Source of the DNA: Archaeoglobus fulgidus DSM 4304
GTDB lineage: Archaea; Halobacteriota; Archaeoglobi; Archaeoglobales; Archaeoglobaceae
Reading direction: 5' to 3'
Length of the DNA: 32,000 nucleotides
Assembly: GCF_000008665.1 (NCBI RefSeq)
Contig: NC_000917.1
Span: 180,001-212,000, forward strand
A program made the position numbers and the translations under genes. Of the stretch, positions 27,214 to 32,000 are shown piece after piece. Position 1 is the first letter of the stretch. Each line of letters opens with the position of its first letter. The notes under the pieces were generated by a model, which had not been told where the DNA came from, did no database searches, and was given only the letters and a program-made list of their open reading frames with translations.

Positions 27214-27961
27214 ACTCCATCACTTCCTCCATATGCATATTGCCATGGACTATCATGTGCAGTGCTTTGGCAATTCTCACTGGATGGTCGCTGTTAAATA
27301 CGTTTCTCCCCGCAGCCACTCCCGCAGCACCTTTTGCAATTGCATCTTCTACCCTCTTCAGGAACTCGTGCTCGCTTCCCTTGCTCCCCCCAGCTACGAC
27401 GACGGGAATATCGCACACCGCAACGACCTCCTCGAAACTCTGCACGTATGGAACCTTCAGAATGTCAGCTCCGAGCTCGTATCCGATTCTGGCCGCATGC
27501 CTTACGGTTTCAGTGGTTACATCGATGCTACCTCTCGGATACATCATCGCCAGAAGGGGAATCCCGTAGTCATCGCAAATCTCTGAAATTGTTCCTGCCT
27601 TTTCTATCTGCTCAGCCTCCGTTTTGCTGCCAATGTTTACGTGAATGCTCACAGCATCGGCCCCAAGAGCGATTGCCTTCTCAACGCTCGTAACAATTCT
27701 CTTGTCGTTCGGATCAGGAGCGAGGGAGGTTGAGGCGCTGAGATGGATGATTAAAGCTGCATCAATATCTGCAAGAACTGCAGAGCGTTTCGCGACGCCT
27801 TTATGCACTATGACTGCGTCGATATAATCCTGCACCTCCTCAACGACTCTATCCACTTTTTCAATCCCTTTTTCCGGTTTCGTTATCCCGTGGTCCATCG
27901 GGAGTATTACTGTCCTTCCGTTTTTCATTATTCTGGACATCCTTCTTCTTTTACCTAACAT
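27188..27961 (-). CDS. aroA': 2-amino-3,7-dideoxy-D-threo-hept-6-ulosonate synthase (class I aldolase/DhnA family, MJ0400 type)
   Basis: Contains GRTVILPMDHG and the DhnA-type aldolase pattern (KVPY...VVVAGG). I take the ATG at 27961, with GAGGTG 6 nt upstream, rather than the GTG at 27970. Overlaps aroB' by 26 nt. Confidence 0.85.
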   Translation of the reverse strand: MLGKRRRMSRIMKNGRTVILPMDHGITKPEKGIEKVDRVVEEVQDYIDAVIVHKGVAKRSAVLADIDAALIIHLSASTSLAPDPNDKRIVTSVEKAIALGADAVSIHVNIGSKTEAEQIEKAGTISEICDDYGIPLLAMMYPRGSIDVTTETVRHAARIGYELGADILKVPYVQSFEEVVAVCDIPVVVAGGSKGSEHEFLKRVEDAIAKGAAGVAAGRNVFNSDHPVRIAKALHMIVHGNMHMEEVMEYEGNMVVG

Positions 27962-28042
27962 ATAAAACACCTCTTATATTTTTAGAGCATAAACCCATAC
28001 ACAAGCACGGAGCCACTGCAGAACACCTCCCGCTAATTAGAA

Positions 28043-28127
28043 GCTAAACCAGTAGCCAAAGCTAAACCTAAAATAAAATCCAAACACCCTGGTTTTGGCT
28101 ACACCATGCATTGGAGGAAGGTTTAGC
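28043..28127. other. Nested or alternative inverted repeats in the 232-bp aro/glnH divergent intergenic region (candidate structured RNA or multi-site operator)
   Basis: GCTAAACC occurs at 28043-28050 and 28061-28068, with its complement AGGTTTAGC at 28119-28127. GTAGCCAAA at 28052-28060 has its complement TTTGGCTAC at 28094-28102. Confidence 0.3.
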
Positions 28128-28202
28128 AGCATGTATTTAAGCTTTTCCAATTTTTGATTTATCTATCGAAAATTTTTTAAGTTTTAAAAATTGTGAGCCC
28201 TC

Positions 28203-28997
28203 ATGAAAAAAGTAGTTCCAATACTGGTTTTACTGGCCGCTCTGCTTCTGCTCGGTTGCACTCAGCAGGCAGAGCAAAAGGAAGAAAAAGCTCAGATAAA
28301 GCTCGTGGAACCGGGCTATCTGACTGTGGGGAGCGATATAGCCTATCCGCCTTTTGAGTTCACAGACGAGAAGACCGGAGAGTACGCTGGCTTCGACATC
28401 GACCTCATGAAGGAAATTGCAAAGAGGATGGGGCTCGAGGCAAAGTTCGTGAACACTGCATGGGACGGCATCATTCCGGGCCTGCTGGCTCACAAGTACG
28501 ACGTCATCTGCTCTGCGATGACAATCACGGAGGAGAGGGCAAAGCAGGTTGACTTCAGCGACCCGTACTTTGAGGCTAAGCAGGTGATTATCACAAGGGC
28601 CGATGAGACCGACATTCAGGACGTCGAAGACCTCAACGGGAAGGTCGTTGCGGTGCAGCAGGGAACCACGGGAGACTTTGCAGCTCAGAGACTTAAGGAT
28701 GAGAAGGGAATCCAGCTAGAAATAAAGAGGTTTGAAGGCACACCCGAGGCTCTGATGGCTGTACAGAAGGGAGATGCTGATGCTGCCATCATCGACAACT
28801 TCGTAGCCTACATTGCAGCAAAAGAGAATCCTGGACTTTACCGCATTGTCGAGTCCGACGAATTTGCACCCGAGTACTACGGTATTGCTGTGAACAAGGA
28901 TAATCCTGCTCTGCTGGAGAAAATCAATGAAGTTCTCAAGGAAATCAAGGAAGACGGGACCTACGACAAGATTTACAACAAATGGTTTGGAGAGTAA
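28203..28997 (+). CDS. glnH: Polar amino acid (glutamine-type) ABC transporter substrate-binding lipoprotein
   Basis: Lipobox LLLLGC. Type 3 SBP pattern (LTVGSDIAYPPFEF, GFDIDL, WDGIIPGL...YDVICSAMTIT.ER). Confidence 0.85.
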   Translation: MKKVVPILVLLAALLLLGCTQQAEQKEEKAQIKLVEPGYLTVGSDIAYPPFEFTDEKTGEYAGFDIDLMKEIAKRMGLEAKFVNTAWDGIIPGLLAHKYDVICSAMTITEERAKQVDFSDPYFEAKQVIITRADETDIQDVEDLNGKVVAVQQGTTGDFAAQRLKDEKGIQLEIKRFEGTPEALMAVQKGDADAAIIDNFVAYIAAKENPGLYRIVESDEFAPEYYGIAVNKDNPALLEKINEVLKEIKEDGTYDKIYNKWFGE

Positions 28998-29036
28998 CAA
29001 AAAAATTTTTTATATCCCTCCTTTTTTTAAGGCTCA

Positions 29037-29711
29037 ATGGCAGCTATAAACCAGTTCGACATTGACCTATTCATACGGATACTTCCCGACCTCGCATTCG
29101 GGGCGAGCGTGACGCTGAAGCTAACTCTAATCTCCATTTTCTTCGGACTTATCATTGGCACCATTGCCGGCCTTGGAAGGGTTTCAAAAAATCCCCTGCC
29201 CTTCGCAATCTCTACTGCCTACGTGGAGGTAATCAGAGGAACACCTCTGCTCGTGCAGATACTCATCGTCTACTTCGGCCTTCCAGCCATCGGCATCAAC
29301 CTCCAGCCAGAGCCAGCCGGAATAATTGCGCTCAGCATCTGCAGCGGTGCCTACATTGCCGAAATTGTGAGGGCAGGAATAGAGTCGATTCCAATCGGCC
29401 AGATGGAGGCTGCAAGAAGCCTCGGCATGACCTACCTTCAGGCCATGAGGTACGTGATTTTTCCGCAGGCTTTCAGGAACATTCTGCCTGCCTTGGGCAA
29501 CGAGTTCATAGCCCTGCTGAAGGACTCTTCGCTGCTGTCGGTCATCTCCATTGTGGAGCTGACAAGAGTGGGAAGGCAGATAGTCAACACAACCTTCAAC
29601 GCCTGGACTCCCTTCCTCGGGGTGGCTCTCTTCTACCTGATGATGACCATCCCCCTCAGCAGGCTCGTCGCATACTCGCAGAAAAAGCTTGGCACGTATC
29701 AGGTGAAGTAG
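29037..29711 (+). CDS. glnP: Polar amino acid ABC transporter permease (HisM/GlnP family)
   Basis: Contains YVEVIRGTPLLVQI and the EAA loop MEAARSLGMTYLQAMRYVIFPQA. 224 aa, which is full length for the family. Confidence 0.9.
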   Translation: MAAINQFDIDLFIRILPDLAFGASVTLKLTLISIFFGLIIGTIAGLGRVSKNPLPFAISTAYVEVIRGTPLLVQILIVYFGLPAIGINLQPEPAGIIALSICSGAYIAEIVRAGIESIPIGQMEAARSLGMTYLQAMRYVIFPQAFRNILPALGNEFIALLKDSSLLSVISIVELTRVGRQIVNTTFNAWTPFLGVALFYLMMTIPLSRLVAYSQKKLGTYQVK

Positions 29712-29721
29712 TTACAAGTTT

Positions 29722-29899
29722 GGCCTAAAACAGTAAAGGTTACATGTGGGCCCGGGCATCGAAGATTTTCAAAAGCTCCAACCCACATTCAGAGCTTTTC
29801 TGACGTACCCGACACAGAGCCTTCGGTTTTACCCTCCGGCCCCATGTGTTCCGTCACTCTTCTTTGCCCGGTTTGCCCTGCAACAATAACTGTTTGGCC
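29722..29899. ncRNA. Candidate structured RNA or MITE-like element (very tentative)
   Basis: Terminal pairing of GGCC(U)AAA(A)CAG at 29722-29733 with CUGUUUGGCC at 29890-29899. An inner 12-bp helix pairs 29742-29755 with 29836-29847. A hairpin pairs AAAAGCUC (29771-29778) with GAGCUUUU (29792-29799). GC is about 52%, against AT-rich neighbouring intergenic regions. No family recognised. Confidence 0.2.
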
Positions 29900-29952
29900 T
29901 GAGGGCATATAAAATTTTTGTTTATTTGTCATGATGAATTTAAGTCCCCCTT

Positions 29953-30562
29953 TTAAGTCCCCTTCAGGATCTTCGAGAGCAGGACGTCGTAATCAGCTCT
30001 GCTGCCGGCGTTTCCGTGTCCCGGGTAAACCCCTGAGAAATTCAACCCTGAAATTTTTCTTACTGATTCGACATACTGGCTGTAGTCGGAGCAGAAGCTT
30101 TTTGGAGAAAGCGATAGTCCTTTCCTGCCCCTCAGCAGGTCTCCGCAGTAAAGGTTTCTCTCATGAAGAATGCAGATAACTGCCGGGAGTGTGGCCGGGT
30201 GTGTGGATGATGGTGGCGTTGATGTTCAGCTTCTCAATGCTTTTCAGATCTTCTGGAGGTTCAGCCCTGAATATTCTCTCCCCAACTCTCGCAAACAAGC
30301 CGAGAAAGCCAGAATACATCATTCTCTTCTCTCCAAGGATAAAGGGGATGTCTTCGCTGTGTACATAGACAGGGCATCCGAACTCTCTCTGCAGAGCGCT
30401 TGCAGCAGCGTAGTGGTCGAAGTGGGCGTGGGTGATGATTATGCCATCAATCTCCTTCAACTGCTTTGAAATTAGCCCTTCATCTGTCCCCGCATCAATC
30501 AGGTATGTGGAATCTCCATCTTTTATGAGATAAACATTGCAGCCCTTTGACTTAAGCTTCAC
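29953..30562 (-). pseudogene. Metallo-beta-lactamase-fold hydrolase, interrupted by a frameshift near 30178-30184
   Basis: The N-terminal part, ...IIITHAHFDHYAAA...IIHTPGHTPGS, stops at 30161. The C-terminal part, VICILHERNLYCGDLL...VYPGHGN...KGT*, continues in another frame from 30180 to 29953. Together they give about 203 aa, normal for the family. Confidence 0.8.
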
Positions 30563-30599
30563 AAAAGAGTGTTATGTTTGAAGTTAAAAAATTTTACAG

Positions 30600-31607
30600 C
30601 TAAAAAACTCTTATACTCTCGATAAACCTCAGCCTTTTCGGCAGTGGCGGGTGTGTTGAAAGGAACTCCTGAATGGGGCTGACTTTCATGTTCTTCAGCG
30701 CTTCAATGTCAGCTCTCGTTATTGGCTCAGCCACCGCATTGGTGAAGGCGTAGATGAAGAGAGTTCTGAACTTGCTGTCCTGGATGGGGGCGAGGTAGTC
30801 GGGGTAGCGGTGGTAGAAGAGGTGTATCTTCGCCAGACTCCTCTGCATTGCATCCTTGTTTGTCGCCCTAACTCCCTCGAAGTCCGCATAGTACTCTCTG
30901 AGCCTGCTGAAGGCGAGAACGAGAATCTGGACTATAAATGAAACTATAACTGCTGCAATGCCAATTGCTGCGAGCTGCGCTCCCCTCCTGTCGTCCCTCA
31001 TTGAGGAGTGGAGCAAGGCGTAACCGAGGTAGAAGATTACTGAGGGCAGCAGGCCGAAGAGGAGCATCACGGCATTGTCCCTGTGCTTGTGGTGGCCGAT
31101 TTCATGACCAATGACTGCCTCAAGCTCCTCCTGGCTGAGCATCCTCATCAGCGACTCTGAAACCGCCACGAACTTTCCCGTCAAAAAGTTTCCGTAGGCG
31201 AAGGCGTTCGGGGGACTTCTCACAACCACCGCCTTTGGCGGCTTTACGTTCAGCCTCCTCGCAACGCTGTTCACAACCATCTGCAGCCTCTCGTCTCTCT
31301 GCGCTCCGTAGCTGAGGTTGATGATGTAGGGGGAAAGCAGGTACATCAGCAGGTTGATTATCAACAGGAAGATTATAAGCCCGTAGAAGCTGATGTAAAC
31401 TCCAGCGTAGGCCAGTATGAGGTAGATTATTGCTGCCGAAATGGCGAGAATCATTCCGGCGAGAAGTACCATTGAGGTGAAGAGCGAGAACTTCCCTGAA
31501 ACTCTGCTGGCCACCTTGGGGGCGATGGTGGAGGCTAAGAGCAGCATTACGAAGTAGCCCAGCACGGCCAGCATCATGTACACGGGGTCGAAGAAGTACA
31601 GCATCAT
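30600..31607 (-). CDS. htpX: HtpX-like M48 family membrane zinc metalloprotease
   Basis: HEIGHHKHRD (HExxH), 4 or more TM helices, and C-terminal STHPPLPKRL, typical of HtpX. Confidence 0.9.
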   Translation of the reverse strand: MMLYFFDPVYMMLAVLGYFVMLLLASTIAPKVASRVSGKFSLFTSMVLLAGMILAISAAIIYLILAYAGVYISFYGLIIFLLIINLLMYLLSPYIINLSYGAQRDERLQMVVNSVARRLNVKPPKAVVVRSPPNAFAYGNFLTGKFVAVSESLMRMLSQEELEAVIGHEIGHHKHRDNAVMLLFGLLPSVIFYLGYALLHSSMRDDRRGAQLAAIGIAAVIVSFIVQILVLAFSRLREYYADFEGVRATNKDAMQRSLAKIHLFYHRYPDYLAPIQDSKFRTLFIYAFTNAVAEPITRADIEALKNMKVSPIQEFLSTHPPLPKRLRFIESIRVF

Positions 31608-31713
31608 GTTGGTTTATAGGCTGCTGCGGTATTTATAGTTTAAAAGGTGTCCGCTAATTTCAAATCCCCAGTCTCCCATAAACAGCACAACCAAAAACAA
31701 TAAAAACAACTTC

Positions 31714-31729
31714 TCGAACATATGTTCGA
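31714..31729. promoter_or_regulatory. Perfect 16-bp palindrome TCGAACATATGTTCGA; candidate operator
   Basis: Verified base by base. It lies just downstream of an A-rich box (CAATAAAAAC, 31698-31707), and its last base is the A of the ATG at 31729. Confidence 0.45.
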
Positions 31730-31872
31730 TGAAGCTGCTTGAAGGAATTGTGGTTATTGCTGCCATGCTGGTTCCGTTTGTTGCGATAAGAAGCCATGAC
31801 ATGACCACTTACCTTTACTGGACTGCTGTAACTGCTGCATACCTTACATACTTGACGATTAAGAGGTGGTGA
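31729..31872 (+). CDS. Small (47-aa) two-TM membrane protein; likely accessory subunit of the downstream sodium:solute symporter
   Basis: MKLLEGIVVIAAMLVPFVAIRSHDMTTYLYWTAVTAAYLTYLTIKRW. Its stop overlaps the GTG start of the symporter (GTGA). It is below the 60-aa cutoff of the ORF track. Confidence 0.55.
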   Translation: MKLLEGIVVIAAMLVPFVAIRSHDMTTYLYWTAVTAAYLTYLTIKRW

Positions 31873-32000
31873 AGTTGATCGAGTTTCTTTACGCCTTTAT
31901 AGGTTACATAATCATCGGAACTGCCATTGCAATAATGGCGATGAAGGGGCTGAGAACGCAGGAGGAGTACTACATAGCTGGCAGAAAAGTTAGCGGTGTC
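31869..32000 (+). CDS. Sodium:solute symporter (SSS family), N-terminal fragment running off the window
   Basis: (V/M)KLIEFLYAFIGYIIIGTAIAIMAMKGLRTQEEYYIAGRKVSGV. The first TM helix followed by the YxxAGRxxxG motif is typical of SSS transporters. The frame is open to base 32000. Confidence 0.75.
   Translation, partial: MKLIEFLYAFIGYIIIGTAIAIMAMKGLRTQEEYYIAGRKVSGV

Noticed and set aside
28131-28157. 8-codon mini-ORF (MYLSFSNF) 13 nt downstream of GGAGG, considered as a possible leader peptide
   Set aside because: It is too short, is not enriched in aromatic or polar regulatory codons, and its spacing to the GGAGG is poor.
29789-29908. 39-aa minus-strand ORF (MPSGQTVIVAGQTGQRRVTEHMGPEGKTEGSVSGTSEKL) within the GC-rich spacer
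   Set aside because: Low-complexity composition, no ribosome-binding site or properly spaced TATA box, and no recognisable family.
29712-29911. 66-codon open frame continuing in-frame directly after the glnP TAG stop (LQVWPKTVKVTCGPGH...CPVCPATITVWPEGI), suggesting stop-codon read-through
   Set aside because: GlnP is already full length at 224 aa. The extension has no family resemblance and no internal start before 29842. An open run of 66 codons has a chance probability of about 4%. Pyrrolysine-type TAG decoding is not expected in this lineage. I treat it as coincidence unless proteomics says otherwise.
29931-29937. ATGATGA, resembling a C box of a C/D box sRNA
   Set aside because: No CTGA D box or D'/C' motifs at the appropriate distance on either strand.
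29931-30179. 82-aa plus-strand ORF from the track
   Set aside because: It is antisense to the clearly MBL-like C-terminal coding frame (LYCGDLL, PGHG) on the minus strand.
31614-31808. 64-aa minus-strand ORF
   Set aside because: It spans the htpX/symporter divergent promoter region and overlaps the better-supported small plus-strand membrane ORF. No motifs.
1-32000. Scan for CRISPR arrays, tRNA/rRNA genes, IS elements, integrases, toxin-antitoxin or defence-system genes
   Set aside because: No periodic 25-40 bp repeats, no cloverleaf-like GC-rich segments in spacers, and no transposase, integrase or nuclease-type ORFs. Every ORF above about 100 aa is accounted for by housekeeping or transport functions.

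Overview
The window is a gene-dense (about 90% coding), two-stranded stretch of a hyperthermophilic euryarchaeal chromosome. From memory, and not verifiable here, it looks like Archaeoglobus fulgidus, roughly the AF0203-AF0236 neighbourhood. The cues are the Csl4-RpoL cluster, a trifunctional TyrA-AroQ-PheA fusion, the archaeal aroA'/aroB' pair and PycA. I did not see any tRNA, rRNA, CRISPR array, IS element or integrase.

Gene content, left to right:
- DUF35 protein (5' end probably off-window).
- A DUF116 / METTL5-like methylase / Csl4 / RpoL operon.
- An orphan membrane histidine kinase.
- A UbiD-family decarboxylase translationally coupled to a large membrane protein.
- A four-CBS protein with an HPF/RaiA-like C-terminal domain.
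- hisD and a TrmB-family regulator, divergent from a repeat-domain cell-surface protein.
- NAC and TrmI.
- A minus-strand chain of leuA/cimA, an RCK+USP regulator and a CPA2 antiporter.
- The biotin carboxylase subunit (pycA/accC).
- A branched-chain amino acid ABC system split into divergent livGF and livK-H-M halves, with livK frameshifted.
- A nitroreductase.
- An aromatic amino acid operon: aroA', aroB', aroD, tyrA-aroQ-pheA.
- A polar amino acid ABC binding protein and permease with no ATPase.
- A 240-bp coding-like-GC non-coding stretch rich in inverted repeats.
- A frameshifted metallo-beta-lactamase-fold gene.
- htpX.
- A small membrane ORF plus the start of a sodium:solute symporter.

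Many genes have an A-rich/TTTAAA-type box about 25-28 nt upstream of the start codon, which suggests leaderless transcripts. Many operon junctions are 1-4 nt overlaps (ATGA, GTGA, TGATG).

The observations I rate most worth a second look:
- the CBS-HPF-like fusion (7003-8175)
- the structured non-coding region at 29712-29952
- the nested inverted repeats at 28043-28127
- the UbiD-membrane protein coupling
- several candidate operator sites: 10125-10145, 17178-17219, 31714-31729
- two frameshifted genes.

No defence or mobile system is evident, and I have not claimed one.
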